Below, piece by piece: positions 10,185-19,671 of a stretch of 64,000 bases of DNA. The notes beneath the pieces were generated by a model, which saw only the letters and a program-made list of their open reading frames with translations, had not been told where the DNA came from and searched no databases. Numbering within the stretch: the stretch's first letter is position 1; each line of letters begins with the position of its first letter. The stretch lies in NCBI GenBank assembly GCA_030744755.1, contig JASLPY010000020.1, forward strand, positions 5,209-69,208, in the 5' to 3' direction. The stretch comes from Kiritimatiellia bacterium (GTDB taxonomy: Bacteria > Verrucomicrobiota > Kiritimatiellia > UBA8416 > JADHWI01). Made by a program: the position numbers and the translations under genes.

Positions 10185-10346
10185 ACCTCCTCGCTGGATG
10201 ATGAACACGCTGCAAGTGGTATTGGAATACTGAACACTCTGATCCCAAATGCCTTACGGAAAACTGAATGACCCTGCCTCTTTAATACTCTCATGATTGA
10301 CCAGACCCGCTGAACGTGGTCTTATGATATCGGACCAGGAGGGCCG

Positions 10347-12308
10347 ATGAATTCACGTACACTCAGAAAGAACTACCTGCTCGCCCTTTCCGCGGTAGTC
10401 TATCTCGTGACGCTGCTGTTGCTGCTTAGCGAGCTGGACCGGCAGTACTACCAGGTGGAGAAAGAATCCACCATCAAGTACAATTTCCGTACGCTGTTTC
10501 CGCACGACACAAGGCCCCTGCAGGATGTCACCCGGAGGATCCTGGCTCGACACGATGCGGAGGAAACCGTAGACCGCCAATTGGAGAAGGAATGGCGGCA
10601 GATCGCGCAGGGTCTGCTGTCCGGAGAGGGTTGCGTGTTCCGAATTCGGATCGTGCCGAAGGACGAGGCCCAGCTGCTGGTTCAGGTGGATAACGAGAAG
10701 TTTGATCGATTGAACGGATTTGGGAATACTCTCTTCTACAGGAACTTCCAAAACGTGGTCTCTTACGAGATTGCCGGTGCGGCCGAGAAACCCTGGACCG
10801 GTTTGCTCTCCTTCCACTACACCACTCCGGGAAGCTACCAGCCGATTGTCGCGCTGACAAACCGCTACCGACTCTGGGCCCTGCTGATGTTCGCGCTTGT
10901 GACGGCCGGGTATGCCGTTGTGCTCCGCAAGCTGATCTTTCCGATAAAGCGCGTGGTGAGCCGCATCGATGCCGTGTCATCGTCAGCGCCCCAGCTCATG
11001 CCGAAACCATCCTCTGTACTTGAGAAGGCTTACAACGATCTCGCGCGCGACGCCATCCTCCTGCGGCTTGGGCAGTCGATTCGCAACATCGCGGCCGGGG
11101 ACCCGGCGATCGATCGATCGCAATTGCTTGCGCGTGCTCCGCGCGTGCTGGTGCAACTACTGGATTACCGCGCGGCGCTGGTATACGACGTCTCGCCGGA
11201 CGAATCGGGTCAATTGTCGGTTTCCGGTTGCGTCGGCGCTGACGATGGGAGAAGCTCGCGTGACTATGAAGCATACTGCATGCAACATGTTTTCATTCCC
11301 GGAAAGATCGATGGGCTCGCGGGTGTGAGGCGGGAGTTGCTCGCAGACTGTGCCGTATGCGACATCACCCAGCCGGAGGATCGCCCGCATCTTACCTTCC
11401 TGGTGCTGTTCCTCCCCGCCAAATTGAGCTCGTTCGATGCGGAGCTCCGTGAATGGCACCTGGAAACGGTCGAGCGGGTGGCCGAACAGCTACGTGACAC
11501 CGTCGCGGTATTCGACATGCAGTGGCGACATGTCCGCAATGAGCGCAGCCGTGCAAACATCAACCTGGCACGAAACCTGGGACACGATCTCACCAACATC
11601 ATCGCGACATCCAAACTGGATATCCTGACGGCCACGAAGATTCTGGACGCCGGAGAGATCGATGGCTCCGATGCTGCCGTCCGGCGGCAGTTGCTCAGTG
11701 AATCGGTACAGGGACTTCTCAATAATGCGCGGCTTCTGCAGGAGGTCGTCAATATCTACCGTTCATTCAGCTACATCAACCGTCCGCGTTTTGAGACAGT
11801 GTCGATCAACAGGGCTCTTGACGAGATAATCGAAGTGTTCTCGTTCTCGCTGCCGGGGAAAACCATTGTGCGCAAGCACTACGACCAAGACCTGCCGGAA
11901 TCCACGGTGGAGCCGCGTTTACTGAAGCTGGCCGTGTTCAATATACTGAGCAACGCGGTCGATGCTATAAAGTTGAGCGGAGCGGGGGACGGAGAGATCA
12001 CTGTCTTCACCAGCATGGTTAGCGGCAGCGACGATGTGTGTATCTCGATTCGGGACAACGGCATGGGCATACCCAACCCGGACGGGCAATTGGCGAGCCA
12101 GGCGGAGATCGACAAGATATTCCGCTATGGTGTCTCGACGAAAACAGAAGAGGGTGGCGAAGGCCTTGGACTTAGCTGGGTATGGACGATCGTTGAGGAG
12201 TTTCATGGCGGAAAGGTGCAGGCACGGAATCATCCGGATGGTGGCGCAGAGTTCTCGCTGCTGATCCCAATACGCGACAATGACAACGGAGTAATGTATG
12301 ACGACTGA
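10347..12308 (+). CDS. Membrane sensor histidine kinase (2 TM, periplasmic domain, HAMP-like, GAF-like, HisKA, HATPase)
   Basis: H-box NLGHDLTNII, N-box NILSNAVDAI, G1 IRDNGMGI, F/G2 IFRYGVSTK..GEGLGL; SD AGGAGG. Confidence 0.92.
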   Translation: MNSRTLRKNYLLALSAVVYLVTLLLLLSELDRQYYQVEKESTIKYNFRTLFPHDTRPLQDVTRRILARHDAEETVDRQLEKEWRQIAQGLLSGEGCVFRIRIVPKDEAQLLVQVDNEKFDRLNGFGNTLFYRNFQNVVSYEIAGAAEKPWTGLLSFHYTTPGSYQPIVALTNRYRLWALLMFALVTAGYAVVLRKLIFPIKRVVSRIDAVSSSAPQLMPKPSSVLEKAYNDLARDAILLRLGQSIRNIAAGDPAIDRSQLLARAPRVLVQLLDYRAALVYDVSPDESGQLSVSGCVGADDGRSSRDYEAYCMQHVFIPGKIDGLAGVRRELLADCAVCDITQPEDRPHLTFLVLFLPAKLSSFDAELREWHLETVERVAEQLRDTVAVFDMQWRHVRNERSRANINLARNLGHDLTNIIATSKLDILTATKILDAGEIDGSDAAVRRQLLSESVQGLLNNARLLQEVVNIYRSFSYINRPRFETVSINRALDEIIEVFSFSLPGKTIVRKHYDQDLPESTVEPRLLKLAVFNILSNAVDAIKLSGAGDGEITVFTSMVSGSDDVCISIRDNGMGIPNPDGQLASQAEIDKIFRYGVSTKTEEGGEGLGLSWVWTIVEEFHGGKVQARNHPDGGAEFSLLIPIRDNDNGVMYDD

Positions 12309-13584
12309 TCAACCGATCAAAATCCTGATTGTTGATGATAATGCGCAATACCGCGAAGCATTTAAGCGGACCTTGCTGCTTGAAGACTACGAGGTATGTG
12401 AGGCAGCGGATGCTGACGAGGCCATAGCGGTCATAGAGTCACAATCCCCCGACGTGGTAGTGACGGACCTCCAGATGCGCACGGATCGCGAAGGGCTTGA
12501 GCTGATCGAAACGATAAAGGCCTCCGATCCCTTCCTACCGGTGATCATGATATCTGCCGTCGGATCCTTTGAAGAGGGTGCCCTGGCCACGAAAATGGGT
12601 GCCGTCCATGTTATCCACAAGAGCCGCATAGAAGACGAAATGGAGAGCTTCTTTGATACTATCCGCCAGTCGCACGAGTCCTGCCGCAAGAGCCGCAGCC
12701 AGCTCGCGATGATTGCGAGGGCAAGGCAGCAAAGGGACCTGAAAGAGGACGACGACCGGGTTGAGGCCGTCAGGGCACTGCTCGATGATCCGGATGCCGA
12801 TCCGCACGTCCAGGGCGAGGCGTACGACTTCATCACTTCCATCAGCGAGGTGGAAATGCTTCGCAGATCCGAACTGGACATGCAGCATGCATCAGAATCC
12901 GATCGCGACCAGGAAACGTATGCGGCTGCCCTGGCGGAACTCAAGGACAATCTGGCAGGCTATGACGGGTTGGGAGACGACTCCAGGCAAGCTCTTGCGA
13001 CCGCAGAGTATCTTTACGAATTGCAGGAGAATCGTGAACTGCTCGATTTCTCCAGGACCGTCGCCTTCTCCTACTGTTTTGCGGTGGAGTGCGAGGTGCG
13101 GATCCGGCTCAAGGGGAAGATCACCCGGTTGGCCTCGAATCGTATTAACCAACGCATATTCGAGGCCTGTATGGACAAGAAGACCCGGCGCGTGGATATG
13201 GGCTTTCAGCAGAACCTTATGCTGGCGGCGCGAAACAGAGGGGTACATTTCACTATCGACAACGTGAAGGCGGTTCTAATGAGCCTCATGGGGGGGAAAG
13301 GCAGGTTCCGGGCCAACGGGCTCAAGGATATAGGGATTCTCCTGTTGTGCTTTGCAAGAGAGTATTCGTTCAGCAAGTGGGGACAGACGATTAAGGTCAA
13401 GAATCCTCTGAATGTGAAGGGCCTGCAATATGAGGAGGAGGTCCTCGCCCTTGCTGGTTCGCTCATTGATCTCCAATATGCCCGCAATCCCTATATCCAT
13501 CCCGATGTCAAAAAGAAGGAACAGCTCGCGAAGCTGCGCCAAACCGCCTTTGACTGTCTGCGCGAACTGGGGAAAGTAGTCTAA
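12298..13584 (+). CDS. Response regulator: REC domain plus C-terminal HEPN-like domain
   Basis: REC motifs ILIVDD, VVTDLQM (phospho-Asp), VIMISA, HKS; C-terminal AVECEVR (ExxxR) and RNPYIH (Rx4H); start overlaps the end of the kinase gene. Confidence 0.85.
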   Translation: MTTDQPIKILIVDDNAQYREAFKRTLLLEDYEVCEAADADEAIAVIESQSPDVVVTDLQMRTDREGLELIETIKASDPFLPVIMISAVGSFEEGALATKMGAVHVIHKSRIEDEMESFFDTIRQSHESCRKSRSQLAMIARARQQRDLKEDDDRVEAVRALLDDPDADPHVQGEAYDFITSISEVEMLRRSELDMQHASESDRDQETYAAALAELKDNLAGYDGLGDDSRQALATAEYLYELQENRELLDFSRTVAFSYCFAVECEVRIRLKGKITRLASNRINQRIFEACMDKKTRRVDMGFQQNLMLAARNRGVHFTIDNVKAVLMSLMGGKGRFRANGLKDIGILLLCFAREYSFSKWGQTIKVKNPLNVKGLQYEEEVLALAGSLIDLQYARNPYIHPDVKKKEQLAKLRQTAFDCLRELGKVV

Positions 13585-13637
13585 AGATATCCCGGTATCA
13601 TCCGTCAAATGCATGTTGCCCGAAAGGCGGCCTGGAT

Positions 13638-14100
13638 TAGCCGGAATTGAACAAGCAGCATGCGATCAAGGGATTAGAATTGGAGAACGTAACCACCCGC
13701 GCTCCCGCGCTAGAGGGCCCGAGGACACGGAGGTTAGATGGGAGGAGGGGATTTGGGCTCCGGGGAAGTTGTATGAATCTGGCGGAATGACCCCCTCTAC
13801 CCCTCATTCCTTTTCCCAGATTCATGCAACGTTTGCCATGGAGAGGAAGAAGAGAAAGAATGTAGGCTTCTCATTACCGCCTTCGTTCTGACCTGTCTCC
13901 TCCGTCCCCACAATCTCTCTCAAGAGGCAAACGTGGCATGAATTTGATGATGGTTTCGCCTCTATTCTGAAAAATGCCTGGCGACATGAAAGTCACAACG
14001 AAACCATCGTCACATTCATGCCGCTCCCGGAAGCAGCGTCTCCTCCTCCCATCTAACCTCCGTGTCCTCCGGGCCCTCTAGCGCGGGAGCGCGGGTGGTT
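13638..14100. repeat. Structured repeat element, copy A (57-bp inverted repeats enclosing three hairpins, plus a 53-bp flank)
   Basis: IR 13691-13747 / 14043-14100; inner hairpins 13768-13830, 13831-13932 and 13935-14022; homologous to 32140-32613. Confidence 0.9.
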
Positions 14101-14139
14101 CAATCTCTCCTCAACGAAGTGTGGCGAGCGTCTCAGCAG

Positions 14140-14224
14140 TTATGTTAAGTAGTTCTTCGCCCGATTTCCTCATCCGCAGAGACTTACGGAACCCACTCAA
14201 GATAATCCCGTACTCCACATAACA
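14140..14224. other. XerD-arm-like (TTATGTTAAGT, 14140-14150) and XerC-arm-like (ACTCCACATAA, 14212-14222) half-sites
   Basis: First arm matches the E. coli dif XerD arm TTATGTTAAAT at 10/11; 14204-14224 is repeated exactly in reverse at 47445-47465. Confidence 0.5.
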
Positions 14225-14272
14225 TCGCAGAATGCTCATATGTTTGCTATGATTTCGCCTTCACCATACCAA

Positions 14273-14281
14273 TGATAGAAT
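14273..14281 (+). promoter_or_regulatory. Putative extended -10 promoter (TGaTAGAAT) for the GH38 gene
   Basis: TGnTAnnnT match 40 nt upstream of ATG 14321. Confidence 0.35.
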
Positions 14282-14320
14282 ACTCGATAACTCTGATATT
14301 GCTTACCAGGGAGCGTTATT

Positions 14321-17300
14321 ATGCCGCGGTTTACAGACTACACTGACAACCAGTTGGGTCGTGTTCAGGATGCCATTTTCGAGCATGTGTATACTAAGGT
14401 TGGAGATCTTGAGATCACTGCCTACTGTAGCCCCGAACCGCTTCCGTTTCCACAGCGTCGACGCGGCAAGAAACGTATTCTGCGCGTTGGGGACACATGG
14501 GGAAAGCTGTTTGAATGCGCGTGGTTTCACTTCCGGGGCACTGTACCGAAGTCAGCCTCCGGCAAAAAAGTGGTTCTCCTCATTGATGTGAATGGCGAGC
14601 TGTGCGTGTTCGACAGTAAAGGGGTTCCCGCCCGTGGACTGACCTGTGGCTCGTCTGTCTTTGCCGATAGCATGCATACGATAGGTAAGCGAGTTCTCCC
14701 GTTTGCGAAGAAAGCCAAAGGGGGGGCACGGATTGATCTCTGGGCTGATGCCGGATGCAATGGGCTGTTTGGCAATCTGCGCAACGAGGGCAAAATCGAT
14801 ATTGCGGCAATCGCCATTTGCAACGACGACATGCGCGACCTGGCCTATGATTTCCGGGTACTTCTCGATTTCTGGAAAGCGGCTCCCCGTGAGACCGGGC
14901 GAAGCAGACAGATGCGAAACGCTCTGCAGCGTGTAGCCGCGACGATGGTGGAATTCTCGCCCGAGGAAGTGAGGCGCTCCCGGCAGATTCTTGCCCCGAC
15001 CCTTTCCAAGAAAGGTGGCGATGCCGCGCTACATGTCAGCGCGATCGGACACGCCCACCTGGATCTTGCCTGGCTTTGGCCGGAGCGCGAGACCTGGCGC
15101 AAGGGCGCACGTACCTTTGCCACGGTCCTTGAGTTGATGGAGCGGTATCCGGATTATCAATTCGGCGCCAGCCAGCCACAACTGTTCCTGTGGATGAAGA
15201 ATCTCTATCCGGCGCTCTATCGAAAAATCAAAAGGAAGGTGAAAGAAGGACGTATCGAGCCCCAGGGAGCGATGTGGGTAGAGTCCGATACCAATATTCC
15301 TTGCGGGGAATCGCTGGTCCGTCAGCTGCTATATGGCAAACGGTTCTACGAGCGTGAGTTTGGTGTCGAAATGGACTATCTATGGCTTCCCGACGTGTTC
15401 GGGTATTCCGCCGCGCTGCCGCAGATTCTGCGACTCGCCGACGTGAAGTACTTTATGACGCAGAAACTGTCCTGGAGCACAATCAACAGATTCCCGCATC
15501 ACTCATTCCGTTGGCAAGGGATTGATGGAACACAAGTGCTGACCCACATGCTTCCCGAGGACACTTACAACAGTTCGGCATTACCTCGATCCCTCGCAAA
15601 AATCGATAAGGAGTACTTGGACGGCGATGTGTCCGACGAGGCTCTGATGCTGTTCGGGATTGGCGACGGGGGGGGCGGTCCCGGGGCCGAACACCTTGAG
15701 TCTCTCAAGCGAATCCAAAACCTGGCGGGACTGCCACCGGTTCGGCAAGAGCCTGTCGCCAGCTTCTTTCCACGTTGGGCAAAGGATGCAGAGGCTTTTG
15801 CCACGTGGGTGGGAGAGCTGTATCTGGAGCGCCACCAGGGCACCTTTACGACGCATGGGCGGATCAAATGGTACAACCGCCGGATTGAGCAAGCGCTGCG
15901 CGAACTCGAGTGGACGGCGGCTTGTGCGCGCATTGTGGCGGGTAAAGCCTATCCACGCAGACAACTGCTTTCCATTTGGCAAAGAATACTGTGCTTCCAG
16001 TTCCATGACATTCTTCCCGGCTCTTCGATCAAACGGGTCTATGACGAATGCAAAACAGATTACAGCAAGATGCTGGCGGATATCGGGCAGCGCCTCGAGC
16101 AGTGCAGGGCTGCCATTGCGCGACGGCTCGATACGCAGAACTGCGCGAAGCCCTGGCTTGTCAGTAATTCGCTGAGCTGGTCGCGAACCGAGTGGCTCAA
16201 ACTGGGGCGCCGCTGGACACAGGTGACAACGCCGGCGATGAGTTTCTCCGTTGTCGATGCGCAGGCAACGCGCCCGGAGATTCCAGGCCTGAAGGCAACC
16301 CCGCGACTGCTTGAGAATGATCGTCTTCGCGTTCGTTTTCATCAAAGCGGCGCGATCAACAGCATCTATGACAAAGTAGCCCGCCGCGAGGTCTTGGCCA
16401 AGGGCGCGCTGGCCAACCGTTTGACTGTCTACCAGGACAAGGGCAACGCCTGGGACTTTCCCATGGACTATGCGGACAAGAACGTCCGGACCATGCATCT
16501 GGTCTCTAGCGAAGCCAAGGTCGATGGTCCACGGGCCGCAGTACGCCAGCGCTACACTCTCGGCCATTCCGTGGTCGATCAGGAGATTCTCCTGATGGCC
16601 GGCAGCCCCCTTCTTGAGTTTGCCACTCGCGCAACCTGGCGCGACACGGAAACCATGCTGCGCACATCGTTCCCTGTCGATATCCTGGCCGATCGAGCAT
16701 CCTATGAGATCCAGTTCGGCTCACTGGAGCGTCCGACCCACCGGAATACGAGTTGGGACCTGGCACGGGATGAGGTGCCGGCGCAGAAATGGGTGGACCT
16801 GTCACAACGGGACTACGGCGTTGCACTGGTCAATGACTCGAAATATGGCCACAAAGTGAAGGACAATATACTGGACCTGAACCTGCTGCGCAGCGTACCG
16901 CACACGGGTGCACGTGTCTTTGATGACAGCAACCTGAAGCCTGGTGAGCCCAACTACCGCTATACCGACCAGGAGGATCACGAGTTTCGGTACGGTCTCT
17001 ATCCTCACCAGGGGGACTATGTCTCGGGTGGCGTGGTTCGGATCGCTTGCGAGTTCAACATTCCGTTACATACCATGCCGGTCGCCGGCCATCGGGGCGA
17101 CAGCCAATCGCTGTCTATGCTTCATGTCGATTCGGCGGAAATCGTTGTGGAGGCTGTGAAAATGGCGGAGGACCGGGATTCCATGATTGTACGACTGTAT
17201 GAGAGTTCAGGATCTGCGGTCGACGCAACCCTGTCGTTCGGGAAGCCCGTTAACCAGGTTCACGAAGTAGGGATTATGGAGAACGCTATCGGTAACCTGA

Positions 17301-17374
17301 AAATCCGCAAGCAAGGAGTCCCCCTGCGGTTTGGCGCATTTCAGATTCGCACGCTGGAAGTGGAATTCAAGTAG
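14321..17374 (+). CDS. Alpha-mannosidase, glycoside hydrolase family 38 (no signal peptide)
   Basis: GHAHLDLAWLW, WLPDVFGYS, WVGELYLERHQGT, FQFHDILPGSSI, YEIQFG, VNDSKYG. Confidence 0.95.
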   Translation: MPRFTDYTDNQLGRVQDAIFEHVYTKVGDLEITAYCSPEPLPFPQRRRGKKRILRVGDTWGKLFECAWFHFRGTVPKSASGKKVVLLIDVNGELCVFDSKGVPARGLTCGSSVFADSMHTIGKRVLPFAKKAKGGARIDLWADAGCNGLFGNLRNEGKIDIAAIAICNDDMRDLAYDFRVLLDFWKAAPRETGRSRQMRNALQRVAATMVEFSPEEVRRSRQILAPTLSKKGGDAALHVSAIGHAHLDLAWLWPERETWRKGARTFATVLELMERYPDYQFGASQPQLFLWMKNLYPALYRKIKRKVKEGRIEPQGAMWVESDTNIPCGESLVRQLLYGKRFYEREFGVEMDYLWLPDVFGYSAALPQILRLADVKYFMTQKLSWSTINRFPHHSFRWQGIDGTQVLTHMLPEDTYNSSALPRSLAKIDKEYLDGDVSDEALMLFGIGDGGGGPGAEHLESLKRIQNLAGLPPVRQEPVASFFPRWAKDAEAFATWVGELYLERHQGTFTTHGRIKWYNRRIEQALRELEWTAACARIVAGKAYPRRQLLSIWQRILCFQFHDILPGSSIKRVYDECKTDYSKMLADIGQRLEQCRAAIARRLDTQNCAKPWLVSNSLSWSRTEWLKLGRRWTQVTTPAMSFSVVDAQATRPEIPGLKATPRLLENDRLRVRFHQSGAINSIYDKVARREVLAKGALANRLTVYQDKGNAWDFPMDYADKNVRTMHLVSSEAKVDGPRAAVRQRYTLGHSVVDQEILLMAGSPLLEFATRATWRDTETMLRTSFPVDILADRASYEIQFGSLERPTHRNTSWDLARDEVPAQKWVDLSQRDYGVALVNDSKYGHKVKDNILDLNLLRSVPHTGARVFDDSNLKPGEPNYRYTDQEDHEFRYGLYPHQGDYVSGGVVRIACEFNIPLHTMPVAGHRGDSQSLSMLHVDSAEIVVEAVKMAEDRDSMIVRLYESSGSAVDATLSFGKPVNQVHEVGIMENAIGNLKIRKQGVPLRFGAFQIRTLEVEFK

Positions 17375-17598
17375 CCCGCCATACTTGAGGACCTTGAGAG
17401 AGCCGTTTCACCGATGCGCCCCACCGTCGCAGGATGGGCTCAAGTTAGAGTGGCGAGTGGCCGAATCTCGTAGCTGGATTCGCTTGGCCTCCATAGCCTT
17501 GGCGAAGGAGGGTTAGAATTCAGATCCCCTGATGCTTTCGCTTCGAGCCAGACTCGCACGAACCTCCCACTCTTAAACCCCATCTTAAACGGTCACAC

Positions 17599-19671
17599 TC
17601 ACTCCAGCGACGTACTCGCTCCCTCGCCAGGCAAAGGACGTACGACGAGTCTGAGCGGGGCATTCGAAGCAAGTCGGACGGGTAGGCCGGCGGCAAGCGA
17701 TTTGCCGGAGTGGACTTTGCTCGTGCCGTCGTCAACATTCTTCACAGCGTAACGATGTTCATCATCCGGCTCGACGGTGAACCACTCGGGAACGGCATTC
17801 ATCCGCGGCCAGTCCTGCTTGAACCCCATGAAGACACGATGCCTGGGGATATCGAACTGGATCAGGCCCTCGTAGGGTTCCCGCGACCTGACGAAGACAC
17901 ATATCCCGTCGCCGCAGGGAGCCGCGCCGAGTTGAAGTCCCTGCCGCCACGGGCGGGCTATCGTGTTGCGGGTGTGGAGCATCGTATGAATCAGCACAGT
18001 GCGAACCGTGTTGGCTTCTAGTTTGTGTACACCCCACAAGCGGTCCGGGTCCGTGTGGTCGACGAGCAACGTGGCGATTTCGCGGTCGGCCCACAGGAAT
18101 CCTTCCGGGACGGGAAGCTGCCGCAACAGGTAAAGCCCGCCCTCGACCGAGTCAGCCACGTTGTCGCGAGAACCGTGATCCCAGTTGAACCTGTAATAGC
18201 GCGGCTTGAGCAGGTTCCCCAGCGGCTTCCTCACCGCCCCCCTGTAGCGTTTGCTGCCCCGCGCCATATCGTAGTCCAGGAACCCGACAAAATCGTACCC
18301 CCAGCCATCACCCAGGCGCTGCCGGTCATGCGGCCCCGGCGTGGACTGCAGACTGCCGATAATCACACCATCCGAGTTCGTTCCACGCTTGATCATCTCG
18401 TCGAACATGTATTCCAGGTGGGGCTGATACTTCCTGCATCTGTCGGGGGCGTCAGGAAGAGCCACGGCGAACAGCAGCCCCAGCCCGCCGACAATCTCAC
18501 ACCCGTGGTCGTACAGCTTCGAGGGCACGAAACGGCCCGGCAACAGGTAGTAGTCAGCCAGTCGAAAGGCCCAGTCGAGATACTTTCTGTCACCCGTGAT
18601 ACGGTAGAGCCGAGGCAGGATCTGCAGCAGTTCACCATTCACCTCGATGTTGGTCGACGGGATCTTGCCGTAGGGGGAATCTATCCGGGCGTGCTTGAAG
18701 ATGTCGTCAATGATCCCCTGCAACCGCGCAAACCACGGTGACTTCGTACCGGTTATCTCGACGATCGGCACGAGCCCGTCCTTGGCATACTCGCTGGCTC
18801 CGAAGATCGTGGCATCGAGGGAACCTGGAGCCTTCTTCTGCGCATCCATATCGTACGGGACAGGAAGACGATCGATGTGGTTGCAGAGTCGCTGTTCCGC
18901 TTCAAGGGTCTCCACCATGACTGTTTCCAACAGCTTTTGATCGGTGTAGAAAGCAGCCCAGATGTAGAAGGGGTAACAGTCGGCCGCAGTGTCGCGGTAA
19001 TTCCAGATACGCCCCGTGGGACGGAACAGACCGGACTTCTCGTCGCGAACAGCCATGCAGTTCTCACGGAGCCAGCGCTGGACCTTGTCCAGGGCAATTC
19101 CTGCATAGCGCGAGGAACGCTGAGCCCGCTCCCAGTCGGGCTCCCGCGGTGCAGGGTCCCACAGGCGGCGTCTTTGGTCGGTCATCTCGAACCCCGGCAG
19201 GTCGGACCAGGAAGGCCGGCCTTTGCGCGCCGGGGGCGGAGACGCGGTGCGGATAGGTTTGACCATAGGCGCCGAGGCCGATTCCCCTGTCATCCGCACC
19301 CCGGCCAGAAAAGCAACCTGCTCGGTCCTTCTACCTGAAAGCGCGATCTTGTCGCCGGCCTTGAGATTCTGTACAGGAAGGTCGATCCAGGCAAAGCCCT
19401 CTCGGGCACCAATGTCAACCACTGAACCGGTCTTGCCGCCGTGCTGGAAGTACAGCGTCCGTTTTGCCTTGCCCTTCGTGCCGAACAGCACCTGCAGTTT
19501 CTGTCCCGGCGCCGCATCGTGCGGTATGGTCACTTCCAACTTCCATTCGGCCAGCCAGTAATACTTTGAACCCTCAAGCTCATGTGGGCCGCTCGTGAAA
19601 AGCGTTTCAGCCGCCAACGCGGAAAGTGCAGTCGCTAAGGTACAAACCAATAGAATCCTCTTCATCGTCAT
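17599..19671 (-). CDS. Secreted hypothetical protein, probable (alpha/alpha)6-barrel glycosidase-like
   Basis: Start reassigned to ATG 19671 (SD AGAGGA; ATGA overlap with the sulfatase stop); signal peptide MKRILLVCTLATALSALAA; helical domain with WNYRDTAADCYP, FGASEYAKDG, DGWGYD. Confidence 0.65.
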   Translation of the reverse strand: MTMKRILLVCTLATALSALAAETLFTSGPHELEGSKYYWLAEWKLEVTIPHDAAPGQKLQVLFGTKGKAKRTLYFQHGGKTGSVVDIGAREGFAWIDLPVQNLKAGDKIALSGRRTEQVAFLAGVRMTGESASAPMVKPIRTASPPPARKGRPSWSDLPGFEMTDQRRRLWDPAPREPDWERAQRSSRYAGIALDKVQRWLRENCMAVRDEKSGLFRPTGRIWNYRDTAADCYPFYIWAAFYTDQKLLETVMVETLEAEQRLCNHIDRLPVPYDMDAQKKAPGSLDATIFGASEYAKDGLVPIVEITGTKSPWFARLQGIIDDIFKHARIDSPYGKIPSTNIEVNGELLQILPRLYRITGDRKYLDWAFRLADYYLLPGRFVPSKLYDHGCEIVGGLGLLFAVALPDAPDRCRKYQPHLEYMFDEMIKRGTNSDGVIIGSLQSTPGPHDRQRLGDGWGYDFVGFLDYDMARGSKRYRGAVRKPLGNLLKPRYYRFNWDHGSRDNVADSVEGGLYLLRQLPVPEGFLWADREIATLLVDHTDPDRLWGVHKLEANTVRTVLIHTMLHTRNTIARPWRQGLQLGAAPCGDGICVFVRSREPYEGLIQFDIPRHRVFMGFKQDWPRMNAVPEWFTVEPDDEHRYAVKNVDDGTSKVHSGKSLAAGLPVRLASNAPLRLVVRPLPGEGASTSLE

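Noticed and set aside
10297-10328. TTGACC...TATGAT promoter for the kinase gene
   Set aside because: 20-nt spacer is too long for a canonical sigma70 promoter
13613-13891. Small ORFs inside the structured repeats (13613-13891, 32276-32461, 32309-32584)
   Set aside because: Frames are not preserved between copies, and the substitutions conserve base-pairing rather than amino acids
14139-14223. Integron attC site (GTTATG...CATAAC)
   Set aside because: Arms are in the reverse order for attC (RYYYAAC...GTTRRRY) and no integron integrase is present; the dif-arm reading fits better
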